64,000 nt of DNA from Octopus sinensis (taxonomy: Eukaryota), in NCBI RefSeq assembly GCF_006345805.1, contig NC_043024.1:6262001-6326000 (forward strand). The letters are read 5' to 3'. The translations under genes were made by a program, and so were the position numbers. Under the pieces are notes generated by a model. The model was not told where the DNA came from and ran no database searches. It saw only the letters and a program-made list of their open reading frames with translations. The first letter of the stretch is position 1, and every line of letters starts with the position of its first letter. Shown one piece after another: positions 12,329-24,199 of the stretch.

Positions 12329-13257
12329 ATGTATACATGTGTATGTATATATGTATACATGTATATGTATGCATGTGTGTATACATACATTCATACATAC
12401 ATATATATATATGGTAATCATACTATTCATGATTAACGCCAATCAGGAACCATGAGAACCTCGTATTAAGTAATTAAAAACAAAGTAAGCATGTGAATTT
12501 TATACATTTTTTTCTTTACAATTTCATTTCTTCAAATTCAGATTTTCAATCCCGCCTAATTTTATGAAGAAATAATTATTTCCCCAGAAAAGCCGTCATC
12601 TCAAAGGACCAAAAGCATGTCTACTCACACTTATTCCTACAGGCTCAAAGATATGTACATATATAATTTTATACACACATTTGTGAAGGTGCATGTATAT
12701 ATACGAACACGGACACATGCATGTGTGTATGTGTGTGAACTTATCTATATATACATACATGCAAACATTTATACGCATGCACACATGTGTATATGTATGT
12801 TTTTGTGAATATAATATACAATTACAAACGTACTTATATGTTCACATATTCACACTCATATATATATTCATACACAAACATAGAGACATGCACAGACACA
12901 CGTATTGCAGGTAAACGAATGAATACATATGCTCGTGCGCCTGATGGTATGTCGGAGATGTTGTGTTTGGTATCTGGTTACGTTAGTTCATGCAATATGT
13001 GATGACAGTGTGGAGGTGAAGTCGGTAATGTTTCTATATGTCTATTGTGATCGGATGCGTTGCCAAAAAAACAGACGATACAATCCGCCATTTTGATGGG
13101 GCCATTATTTAACGTTTTAGTTATTTCAAATTTACGGGAATATAATGACTGTCTACCTGTCTCTCTGTCTGTCTGTCTATCTATCTGTCTGTCTGTCTGT
13201 CTGTATGTCTGTCTATCTATCTATCTATCTAAACTTTTTGTCTGCTTGTCTGTCTGC

Positions 13258-13304
<47 letters not shown>

Positions 13305-13369
13305 AAAATTAATACAGAGAGTTGCTTATTTGCAAAAAAAAAAAAAAAAAAAGAAATATAACATGTGAC

Positions 13370-13666
13370 TTCATTGACCGAGGTTACCGTGGTCTTTTCC
13401 GTAGGCTTTTCTTTCCACGGGTAAACCTCACCTGTCCTCCCCTTTACACTTCATATTGACATTTCTGTGATAACGATCCCTATTATTCATTTTTTTTCTC
13501 CGCCCCCCCCCCTTTTAAACCCCTCCCTTTTTTTGTCCTTTTTCTTTCCTTTTACGATCCCTTTTGATCGAAAACCACCACTCTCTTTTTTTTACCCCCA
13601 AAAGAAAAGCTCTACCTTGTAATTTGTTCTATCTGTGTGCAGCCCTGAGTGGCTAATAAAGAAACA

Positions 13667-13668
<2 letters not shown>
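13370..13668 (+). mobile_element. 3' end of an unclassified retroelement whose tail resembles that of SINE family B, next to (TATC)n
   Basis: tctgtgtgcagccctgagtggctaataaagaaa resembles the SINE B tail tctatgtttagccccttgtgggtaataaagaaa. A similar tail lies at 21960-22032. Confidence 0.45.
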
Positions 13669-13751
<83 letters not shown>

Positions 13752-14042
13752 GTCTGTCTATCTGTCTGTCTATCGTCCAACCAACGTATTTGCTAACATA
13801 CGTATTTATTTATGCCTAAATGTGCGTATTTATAAAGCTGTCTATGTTTTTCTAACTGTCTGTCTGTCTGTCAGCCTGTCCATCTGTCTGGGTCTGTGTG
13901 TGCGTGTGTATGCATATATGTGTGCATGTACGCATATGTGAGTGTGCCTGTGTGCACGTGGTGCATATGTGTATATGTTTTTATATGACTATATAATCTA
14001 ATATAATCTCCCCATCACTTTCACCTAGTCTTCTTCGCACAC

Positions 14043-14080
<38 letters not shown>

Positions 14081-14218
14081 GTATATATATGTATATATAT
14101 ATATAGACGTGTCTGTGTGCATATATATATACTAGTGTCTTCTTTAGCTATGTCATAATTATCTACACAAAACATGTTTAGCTGCCGCCCTGCTCATGTG
14201 ACCCCTATATATATATAT

Positions 14219-14266
<48 letters not shown>

Positions 14267-14355
14267 TATTATATATATATAAATATATATACACACACAC
14301 ACACATATATATATATATATGTACATATATATATATATATATATAAATATATAGA

Positions 14356-14391
<36 letters not shown>

Positions 14392-14472
14392 CATATATAT
14401 ATATATATGCACATCTGTCTCTGTGATTGTGTGTGTGCATGTGTATATGGTATATGTATATATATTATGTAC

Positions 14473-14503
<31 letters not shown>

Positions 14504-14989
14504 TGCGCGCGCGCACGTGTGTTTATGTTTACCAGTAAGTTGTTACAATATTGGAAGGTGAAAGCATCCAGCTCTTATCTCTTGCTCAACCTAGCCCTAC
14601 ATTAAGTTGGGTGGAGTTTCAATTCGTATTTCAAAGCTGTAAGGCACATACAGATCATATGTCTAACTATGCACTTATGCACGTAGTTCTTCTGCAATTG
14701 CAGTTGCAATCTCTAAGAAAATCAAACGTTAGTCGACTGAAATTTAACCCTGCACCGGAATACGTTTTTGCTATCATCGCCAAAAATTCCAGACGAGTTC
14801 TCAGTTCATCATCCTGTTGCAAAACAGAGCGATGCTAGTTTAAATTAATGTCTCACCTGGATATGTTAAGGCTATTCAAAGTAAAAATAATAAACTAGAT
14901 CAGATCTTGATATACTATCAGAATATATTTCAATATTCTTTTGCAAATAAATATTGCGTCATATTGTTTACATGAATGTTTGATATTTA

Positions 14990-15300
14990 CAAAAATAGAG
15001 GAGTTCTTTCGAAGGATCTCTGGAGAAATGTTACACGATTGGCTGTGTATCTCGCAGATTAGCGAGTCTCTTCAGGTCAAGCCGTTACTTCTTGGCAATG
15101 AGGAGTCACAACTGTGGTACGACCGATATGTACGTAATTAGAATGTCACAGGAAATAAGCGCAAGACAGATTCTTCAAGCTTCACCGACCGGCAGGAGAC
15201 CTAGTAGTAGATCAAGAGCGAAAGATTTGGATAATATCCATCGACCAGTTGGTCACGCATAGGAATCCAGCCGGAGAGTGTAATGGCGGTTGCTGTCTTA
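14990..15300 (+). pseudogene. Degenerate RTE-clade LINE, C-terminal region after the RT
   Basis: Frameshifted translation EFFRRISGEMLHD...SESLQVKPLLL..EESQL / VIRMSQEISARQILQASPTGRRPSSRSRAKDLDNI follows the RTE pattern EMxFLRRIxG...RWxGHVxRM...GxRPRGRPRxRWxDxI. Confidence 0.7.
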
Positions 15301-15304
15301 AATT

Positions 15305-15970
15305 GATATTACAGCAGACGATATTAATGTTACCATAGCAAAGAATGGCAAACTTCGAACAAATAAGGCTGTATGTTTTGCGAATCTTCCCCACAAAGGT
15401 AGCAATGATAGAATTTAGTTCTAAGGAATATTGTCTGTTTGATGCCAAGAAAATATTCGTTTGTTAACCTTGCTCAGTGTTTGATAGGTTTTATTCATTG
15501 AGAAATCTGGATACGATGAAGGCAGATTAAAGTTTGACTGTTTATCTCTTGATTTTTACATATATTTAGTTTTCACTTTTCACTAATTATTAATTATAGT
15601 AGCAGACGATATAAACGGTATCATTGTAAAATAGTAAAACTTTAAACTGCCATCGTTTTAGATTTGTGGTTGTACTTGAAAAGGCATGAAGAACTATAAA
15701 TGATAGTCTGCCGTGAATTAATACTGCAGCAGACGATATTAATGCCGGCATAGCAAAGAATGGCAAACAGACTTTGAATTCACCATCTTGTTTCGATTTG
15801 TGGTTGCATTAAGTGGAAAGGTATGAGAAAATTAAGCAACATTTGGACGTAAGTTAATACTGCATCTGAATGTTTTACACTGGTGCAACAGAACTTCTTT
15901 GCAAGTACTGAATTTTTGACTTTGTTCTAGTTTACGATTGCAACTGGTAAGGTATGAGAAAAATATGGCG
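15305..15970. repeat. Degenerate tandem or sub-repeat region (units of roughly 125-290 bp)
   Basis: agcagacgata at about 15313, 15601 and 15728; catagcaaagaatggcaaac at about 15334 and 15749; gatttgtggttg twice; aaggtatgagaaaa twice. Confidence 0.65.
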
Positions 15971-16431
15971 ATTAACTTAGCTTGGTTTAACAAAACATTG
16001 ATGTAAATGCAAGCATACTTAATATAGAGTGCACGATAAGGTTATTTATTTATTTAATCAGTTTAAGCGTCCGTGTAACGATAGTCAGCCATGACAGACT
16101 TAAGGAGGTATTTGATAACCGTTACAGAAGAGAATAAGCTAAAAATACGAACGGAAAAATCAGAAAGAAGAAAATGAAGGAACAACGAAGAGAAAAAGAA
16201 AAGTTAAATGTTTCTGTTGTTGAATCTTTTTATATTCTCAAAAAATTAAAAGATCAAATACATGAAAATTCAGATTCTCGAAAATATATAGAACCTCCAA
16301 CACTGGCAGCTTTTTAAAGACCATTTATAGAACTCTTTTTCTTTCTCTCTTCTTCTCTCAGAGACTAATAAATGGCAATTGAAACAAATAACACTCAAAT
16401 GTTTCTGAATCGTTCCTAAAAGAGCAATTCA

Positions 16432-16844
16432 GGGATCTTTTCGGTTTGAACAGCAGTTTTTTCTAGCGGTGTCATATGAAATTGTCACCCATAAATATGA
16501 CCCTAGAATCGATCTATTGCATTTCAATCTGTTTTAGGGTTAGGGTTAGTTAGGGGTGGGAGGAAGGGTATCTTTTTTTCTTCACAAATGTAAATAAACC
16601 CAATCTGTTTCTTAAACGAGGGACATATTCATATGGCACAGAATGTTTTTTACCTCAATAGACGTGAGTGATTGGTTGAAATTGAAGAAAAAAAACAACA
16701 AATATCTTACAAACTATAGAATTTTCTCAATAAAGCCAAGAGAAAAAGATGTTTTATAAACACATTCTACCAGTACACGAAGTTTAAAATTTTTCAGTTA
16801 CCTAGAAATTATGTTAAAATTGCCGTTCAAATCGAAAAGATCCC
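16432..16844. mobile_element. 413-bp MITE with ~28-bp imperfect TIRs and an internal TTAGGG run
   Basis: Left gggatcttttcggtttgaacagcagttt; the right end reverse-complements to gggatcttttcgatttgaacggcaattt; ttagggttagggttagttagggg at about 16534-16556; no clear TSD. Confidence 0.75.
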
Positions 16845-16884
16845 AATTGAGGATGATTCCATACAACCCAGTAGTGACAGAACA

Positions 16885-17092
16885 CTCTTTTACTTGTTTC
16901 AGTCATTTGATTGTGGCCATGCTGGAGCACTGCCTTTTAGTCGAGCAAATCGACCCAAGGACTTATTCTTTGTAAGCCTGGTACTTATTCGATCAAACTC
17001 TTTAGCCGAACCGCTAGGTTACGTCGGTGTAAACACACCAGCATTGGTTGTCAAGCGATGTTGCGGGGATAAACACAGACACACAGACATAT

Positions 17093-17137
<45 letters not shown>

Positions 17138-17453
17138 GATATATACAAACGCACATATTCTTTTATTTTTTACTTGTTTCATTTATTTCAATGTGGCCAT
17201 ACTGGAGTACTGCCTTGAGGTGGGTTGTAGTCGAACAAATCAAACCCAGGACTTCTATTTTTTTAAAGCCTAGTAATTATTTTATCATGCTCTTTTGCTG
17301 AACCACTACATTACAGGGATGTAAACACACTAACACCAGTTGTGAAGCGGTGATGTGGAATGGGGAAGGACAAGTGCACAGACACAAACACACACACACA
17401 GACATATGCGTGGTTGGAAAGTAAGCTTCTTACCATACAGCCATACCTGCACC

Positions 17454-17537
<84 letters not shown>

Positions 17538-17720
17538 ATATATATATATATACATAGGCGCAGGAGTGGTCGTGTGATAAGTAACTTGCTTACCAACCAC
17601 ATGGTTCTGGATTCAATCCTACTGTGTGGCACCTAGAGCAAGTGTCTTCTGCTATAGCCTCGGGCCGACCAAAGCCTTGTGAGTGGATTTGGTAGACGGA
17701 AACTGAAAGAAACCCATCAT
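16885..17720. mobile_element. Cluster of SINE family A pieces (3' halves on -, a head on -, and a 5' half on + at about 17555-17720)
   Basis: Recurrent family A motifs separated by (CA)n/(TA)n. Confidence 0.8.
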
Positions 17721-18093
17721 ATATATATATATACACACACACACACCTCTTCCTACTACAAACAGCCATGAAGTAGTAAGGCAGTAATCACCATGTAGCC
17801 TGTAGCCCTACTTTGTAACACAGTGTTCTAACAGATTATGGATAGAACAAGATCACCTGATCGAAATACACTCACGCGCATTCGCACATGCACACACACA
17901 CACACACAAGCAAGCACACACACACACACACAAACAAGCACAAATTCACACATACACAAATGTTGTCAATGATACATTTTACCATTTTCTGACTCAGGCT
18001 GGCACCAGTTATTTAAGATATTTTGTCTGACGAAAAAGCGTCTTTCCCAGTGGAATTGTGGAATGGTGAATTTTCAATTTATCTCCAACCAAT

Positions 18094-18155
<62 letters not shown>

Positions 18156-18159
18156 CTTT

Positions 18160-18393
18160 CTTACTATAGGCACAAGGCCTGAAATTTTGGGAGAGAGGAC
18201 CAGTCAATTAAATTGAGCCCAGTATGCAACTGGTACTTAATTTATTGACCCAGGAAGGATGGAAGGTAAAGTTGACCTCAGCAGAACTTGAACTCAGAAC
18301 ATAAAGACATGAAATGCCATTAAGCATTTTGCCTGGCATGCTAACGGTTCTGCCAACTTGTTACCTTAAATAATAATAATAATGATGATAATG

Positions 18394-18432
<39 letters not shown>

Positions 18433-18668
18433 TATTTCTTTACTACCCACAATGGGCTAAATATATTGGGGACAAACAAGGACAGACAAAGGGATTAAGT
18501 CGATTACATCGACCCCAGTGCGTAACTGGTACTTAATTTATCGACCCCCGAAAGGATGAAAGGCAAAGTCGACCTCGGCGGAATTTGAACTCGGAACGTA
18601 ATGACAGACAAAATACGGCTACGCATTTCACCCGGCGTGCTAACGTTTCTGCCAGCTCGCCGCCTTAA
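18160..18668 (-). mobile_element. Two tandem SINE family B copies embedded in (TAA)n
   Basis: Copies at about 18160-18370 and 18435-18668, same orientation, each bounded by (TAA)n. Confidence 0.85.
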
Positions 18669-18690
18669 TAATAATAATAATAATAAATAA

Positions 18691-18722
<32 letters not shown>

Positions 18723-18726
18723 ATAG

Positions 18727-18921
18727 TAGAGTTGGGTCCTATATGCACTGGAAGCTATGCCAACACTATGGAATAGCAACAGAAAAAAAGATGGTATAGG
18801 CACATGCCAGAAAAGGTCACAGAAAATGAGAAAGCAACCATGCTATGGGATATGCCAATACACACAGACAGAGAAATTAAGGCCAATAGACCAGATATAG
18901 TTATCAGAGATCATCAAAAAA
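18727..18921 (+). pseudogene. R4/Dong-clade LINE fragment (restriction-like endonuclease region)
   Basis: Translates VGSYMHWKLCQHYGIATEKRWYRHMPEKVTENEKATMLWDMPIHTDREIKANRPDIVIRDHQK (LWD...RPDIV motif); begins at a (TAG/TAA)n tract. Confidence 0.8.
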
Positions 18922-19097
18922 ATATATGCAATTCAAAATAAACAATAATAAACCATATAATAAATTTTTATTTTTCAATAAGATGCCACGCAATAACCAG
19001 CACTTGGGTATGAATAATTGGGTACACTACCAGCAGGATATTGGATAAGCACTATCCCTTGGTTGGGTTGGTTTCCCAACCTCTAACTCTCACAGAA

Positions 19098-19128
<31 letters not shown>

Positions 19129-19149
19129 CACAGACACATATACATAAAC

Positions 19150-19520
19150 ACACACACACACATACAGAAATGGTAAAAGGTTTACAGCACAAAAGAAATC
19201 ACTATAAACTTGCTAAAATAGTATTCGAAGTGATATGATGATTTATATGATTGGAAATATAGCTTCAAAGTGTTCATAGTGTCATAGTGAGGATCTGATC
19301 AAAGACATTTTTTTTAAAAAAAAAGAAAACTTTTCAAATATAAAGTGGAAGTATGCAAAGAAAACCATTATGCTCCATCTTATTGTTGGTTTTGTTTCAC
19401 TTTGAAAAATAAAAAATTTATTTTATGGTTTATTATTGTTTATATTTTGAATTACATATATATGGGGTTACCAAAATCTTTTAAGAGCTTAGAGCCTCCA
19501 TAGGTCTTAATCCAGTACTG
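19150..19520. mobile_element. Non-autonomous DNA element with hAT-like right terminus (…ttaatccagtactg)
   Basis: Homologous to 19521-21034 (interrupted) and 60183-60605. Termini resemble CAGGGCCGGATTAA; no TSD found. Confidence 0.55.
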
Positions 19521-19612
19521 TCACATGACCTGAGATATTCAGGATGCTTTATCTTTTCTAAATATAGAAGCAGATGTGTTATATACGATTAATTTTGAGT
19601 ATCTAATCTAAG

Positions 19613-19920
19613 GTGGAGGCACATGGCCTAGTGGTTAGAGCAGCGGACTCGTGGTTGAGGGATTGCAGGTTCGAATCTCAGACCAGGCAACGTGTGTGTG
19701 TTTATGAGCGAAACACCTAAGCTCCATGTGGCACCGGCAGAAGGTAATGACGAACTTCTGCTGACTCTTTCACCACAACTTTCTCTCACTCTTTTCTTCT
19801 GCACCTTAAAGCTCACCTGTGATAGACCAGCGTCCTGTCCAGGTGGGGAACCTATATGCCAAGGAAACCAGGAAACCGACCCTTATAAGCCAGGTGTGGC
19901 TTGAAAAGGAACAAACAACA
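19613..19920 (+). mobile_element. tRNA-derived SINE family D with a 12-bp TSD
   Basis: A box tggcctagtggttagagc, B box ggttcgaatc; TSD atctaatctaag at 19601-19612 and 19921-19932. Confidence 0.88.
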
Positions 19921-20152
19921 ATCTAATCTAAGACTTTACAACTAAAAAAAAAAGTAGAAAATTTTCAAATATAAATTAAATGGCGGTGCCCCAGCATGGC
20001 CACAGCTCATTAGCTGAAACTGGAAAATCAAATCAAAACCAAAATAAATAAAGTGGAAATATACAAAAATAAACATTATTCTCCATTTTACTGTTAGTTT
20101 TGCTTTACTTTGAAAAATAAAAATATATTTTATGGTTTATAACTTTTTATAT

Positions 20153-20530
20153 TGGTTTCAAGGTTCATCCAAGGCTGGAACCACGAGCCATATGTCCCCT
20201 GCCCAATTCAAGATCACAACATATAGGTACACTGCGACATAATTTCTTTTCCTCAACAGGTCCAGCCCTGTTTAACATTGTCTCAAAACTGATTAAAGAG
20301 GAAAAGGATCCCATCACCATTAAATGGAGTCTGGACAGATTTCTTCAAAGAATACCAGATAAGCCACCCATACCTAGATACAACTCATTCAACAAGAACT
20401 CACTACTTGAATGGACCATGATACCATAAAACTTGACTCAAAATGTATTTAGATAATCCTATCAGGTGGTGCTATTAAGTTAGACATTGCCTGGACCAAT
20501 CTTTAGTGGAAACATATCTAAGTTTATCTA
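20153..20530 (+). mobile_element. 5'-truncated CR1-clade LINE 3' end
   Basis: Colinear with 28815-29186; ends tatctaagtttatcta. Confidence 0.85.
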
Positions 20531-20533
20531 TGT

Positions 20534-20690
20534 AGGTGTAGGAGTGGCTGTGTCATAAGTAGTTCTGGGTTCAGTCCCACTGCGTGGCACCTTGGGTAAG
20601 TATCTTCTACCATAGCCTTGGGCCAGCCAAAGCTTTGTGAGTGGATTTGGTAGATAGAAACTGAAAGAAGCCTGTCGTATATATGTGTAT

Positions 20691-20729
<39 letters not shown>

Positions 20730-20938
20730 ATTTGTGTGTCTGTGTTTGTCCCCCCAACATCGTTTGACAACTGATGCTGGTGTGTTTACGTACCCGTAAC
20801 TTAGCAGTTTAGCAAAAGAGACCGATAGAATAAGTATTAGGCTTACAAAGAATAAGTCCTGGGGTCGATTTGCTTGACTAAAGGTGGTGCTCCAGCATGG
20901 CCACAGTCAAATGACTGAAACAAGTAAAAGAGTAAAAA
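20534..20938 (+). mobile_element. SINE family A, full length, directly after the CR1 tail
   Basis: aggtgtaggagtggctgtg head to the aagtaaaagagtaaaaaga tail. Confidence 0.9.
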
Positions 20939-22224
20939 GATTTAAGAGTTTTTTATATTTTGAATTACAAATATATGGAGGTACCAAAACCTTGTTAAGT
21001 GCTTACGGCCTCTATGGGTCTTAATCTGGCCCTGGTAGTAGCTGATGTGGTGGTGTGGTGTTTGGTATAATGCTACTGTGGTGGCTGGAGTAGTAGTATA
21101 ATGGTGTCTGAAGTTGTTGTTGCTATGGTTATTGCTGTTGTCATTGTTGTTGTTGCAAATAGTCTACTTTTTGCTGTTGCTTTTTGATGTTTTTGTTGGT
21201 ATTGATGCTGTTACTGTTGTTGTTGTTGTTCTTGCTGAACCCCACGTCAACTATAATCAAACAAACTTGTAATCAAATGCATTCCAGCCATGGCAAACAC
21301 ACCTTTGTATTTACTTCTATGTGCAAAAACTCCTGGAACATATTCAATAGGCATCTTAAAGACAGTAGGCTATGCTATAACAGAGATTTGGCTGCTATTT
21401 CTAATTCACCGGAAAAGCACACAGAGACCTTCCTCCACCTCATCGACTCTAAAGTGTGATGACCATTGACCTTTATCATAGGTGGCACCAGTTGTTTAGT
21501 GATGTGGTGTGGTGTTTGGTGTTCATGACTCACCAAGAGGAAGTACCAACGGTCATGTTATTTAATAGTGGCTTGGTATTGTGGTGGTGGTGTTAGTGTC
21601 AATGTACTAGTATTACTAGCAATGTTGCTCTTGTGCTTGTTGTTATGGTGGTGGTGTTAGTGGTGGTGATGGTGGTGGTGGTGGTTGTGGCAACACTATA
21701 TTCAACAGACAGGGTCAAGGCGATTCTATTGACAGACAAGTTTTCACAATAATTGTCTTGGTTTCATAATTGTTGTTGAGTAAACATTTGCCACTCACCA
21801 CCCAACCCTCACACTAGTTTCACTTCTATATCTATCTATCTATCTGTCTGTCTGTCTGTCTGCTTTCTGTCTGTTTATCTATCTTTCTATGAATGTATGT
21901 GTGTATGTATGTATGTATCTGTCTGTCTGTCTAGCTACCGACCTATCTCTGTTCCACCCATCCCACTTCGAAAAGAAAAACTCTACATTGTCTATTTTCT
22001 GTGTTTAGCCCTGTGTGAGCATAATAAAAAGATATCTATCTATCTATCTATCTATCTATCTGTCTGTCTGTCTGTATCCATCCGTCCATCCATCCATCCA
22101 TCCATCCATTCTCCCTCTATCTCTAGCTGTCTTTCTGTCTATGTAGTATGTATTTATATATGTATGTATGTATGTAACTATGTATGTATGTACCTGTCTG
22201 TCTGTCTGTCTACCTGACTGTCAA

Positions 22225-22430
22225 TATATTCTCTTATTCTATTACTTGCTTCAGTCATTTGACTGTGGCCATGCTGGAGCACCACCTTAAAGGATTTTAG
22301 TCAAATAAATCGACCCCTAGTACTATTCTGTCAGTCTCTTTTGCGGAACCACTAAGTTACAGGGAGGTAAACACACCAACATTTATTGTCAAGCGATGGG
22401 GGTGGGGACAAACACAGACACAAAGACACA
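22225..22430 (-). mobile_element. SINE family A, 3' half
   Basis: ttcagtcatttgactgtggccatgctggagc...ggggacaaacacagacac. Confidence 0.8.
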
Positions 22431-22569
22431 CACAGATATATATATATATACACACACACTGACACACACACATATACATATATACATGTATACATATATA
22501 TACATATATGCACATATATGAAAAATAGTCAAATTTTCTCAATTTGACAACTCCACTAGAATGGACGAA

Positions 22570-22598
22570 ATAATAAAAATAATAATAATAATAATAAC

Positions 22599-22636
<38 letters not shown>

Positions 22637-22674
22637 TAACGATACTAATAATAATAATGATAATGATAATGATG

Positions 22675-22748
<74 letters not shown>

Positions 22749-22790
22749 GAGAATAATGAGAATAATAATAATGGTAATAATAATAATAAT
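22570..22790. repeat. (TAA)n microsatellite
   Basis: Directly visible. Other long (TAA)n tracts lie at about 18098, 18370, 25620, 27020, 27560, 38310 and 63870. Confidence 0.95.
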
Positions 22791-23342
22791 TCAGCAACAC
22801 CGGGGGTGTTTAACATGTGAGAATGATAAAATACTTCTCCAAAATTTATCCAAAAACTTTGGGAATAAAGACAACAAATGGAGCCTAAAATAACTGACAA
22901 AGTGTTGGACCATATCCGAGTAAGTAATACTCATTAAAATTAATTTCTATTTTCTGAATTAAATGATGTATTTTAACTGTGTGTCACCTCCGTCACTCAC
23001 ACAACATGTGTAAACACGCTTGCCACCCTGACAAAGCACTGGACTACACCCGAGCAAGCAATTCTCATTAATAGTGTTGGACTACATCCGAGGAAGTACA
23101 TATTGGACTATATCCGGTTAAGTACACATCACAAACAAGTAAGTACGTAAACTAATTAATTATGTATACCCCCTACTTTTACACGAACACATTTTAATAT
23201 TTCAAAATAACATTAAGTAATGTATAAACAAGCACACACATAAAAGCAAATTGAATAAAAACAAACAACAAAGACTAGTCACTATTGATCACAAAAGCAT
23301 TAACAGATATATATATATACATACATACATACATGTATATAT

Positions 23343-23378
<36 letters not shown>

Positions 23379-23387
23379 CATACATAC

Positions 23388-23441
<54 letters not shown>

Positions 23442-23511
23442 CATACATACATATATACACATACATACATACATACATATATATATATATATACATACAT
23501 ACATACATACA

Positions 23512-23547
<36 letters not shown>

Positions 23548-23602
23548 TATATATCTGTAAATGTAATATGTGACAATTATTCGGTAGCCAAGATGAAACT
23601 CA

Positions 23603-24196
23603 GAGTTTTGGATGCTGAGGTAGAAATTCACGCCGCCATCTTTACAGTTATCCAGCCATCGGAAAAACGCTATGAAAAATGACCATTATACAAAGGGAAA
23701 TTACTGTGTTATTGACCACTATTAAGACAAAAGAGCTATTCGAATGACCGCTAAATAAGGTAAGGGGGTAAAAAGTTCATAGTATTCGCGTAAGCGCGTC
23801 TGTTCATACCTACACATGTTCGCCCGCACACCCAGGTGTGTGTGCATACATTCATCCACCCTCACTTGAAAACATACACATCTTCACTCACATCTTATGC
23901 CAAATGTATATGCATATACATACAAACCTACATACACACGCGTGCGCACCGTAAAGGTTCATACACGCGTTTATATACACACAAGCACAAGAAAAACCAG
24001 GCGCGCTTATGCGAATACTATGAACTTTTTACCCCTTACCTTACTTAGCGGTCATTCGAAAAGCTCTTTTGTCTTAATAGCGGTCAATCACACAGTAATT
24101 TCCCTTTGTATAATGGTCATTTTCCATAGCATTTTTCCAATGGCTGGATAACTGAAGAGATGGTGGCGTGGATTTCCACCTCGGCATCCGAAACTC
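23603..24196. mobile_element. 594-bp MITE with ~200-bp TIRs (GAG...CTC termini)
   Basis: Arms 23603-23802 and 23998-24196 are imperfect reverse complements around a CA-rich spacer. The right flank is replaced by a Dong fragment, so no TSD can be read. Confidence 0.8.
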
Positions 24197-24199
24197 AGC

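Larger units (their letters stand above)
19521..21034. mobile_element. Second copy of the hAT-like element, interrupted by nested insertions
   Basis: Host pieces at about 19530-19612, 19933-19980, 20040-20152 and 20940-21034; ends ttaatctggccctg. Confidence 0.6.

Noticed and set aside
16534-16556. True telomere or chromosome-fusion scar
   Set aside because: Only about 3 repeats, and they are internal to a TIR-bounded element.
19613-19685. tRNA gene (also the SINE heads at 51795, 58192 and the family A/B heads)
   Set aside because: A and B boxes are present, but each head continues into a repeated SINE body (with a TSD in the 19613 case) and no complete cloverleaf could be folded.
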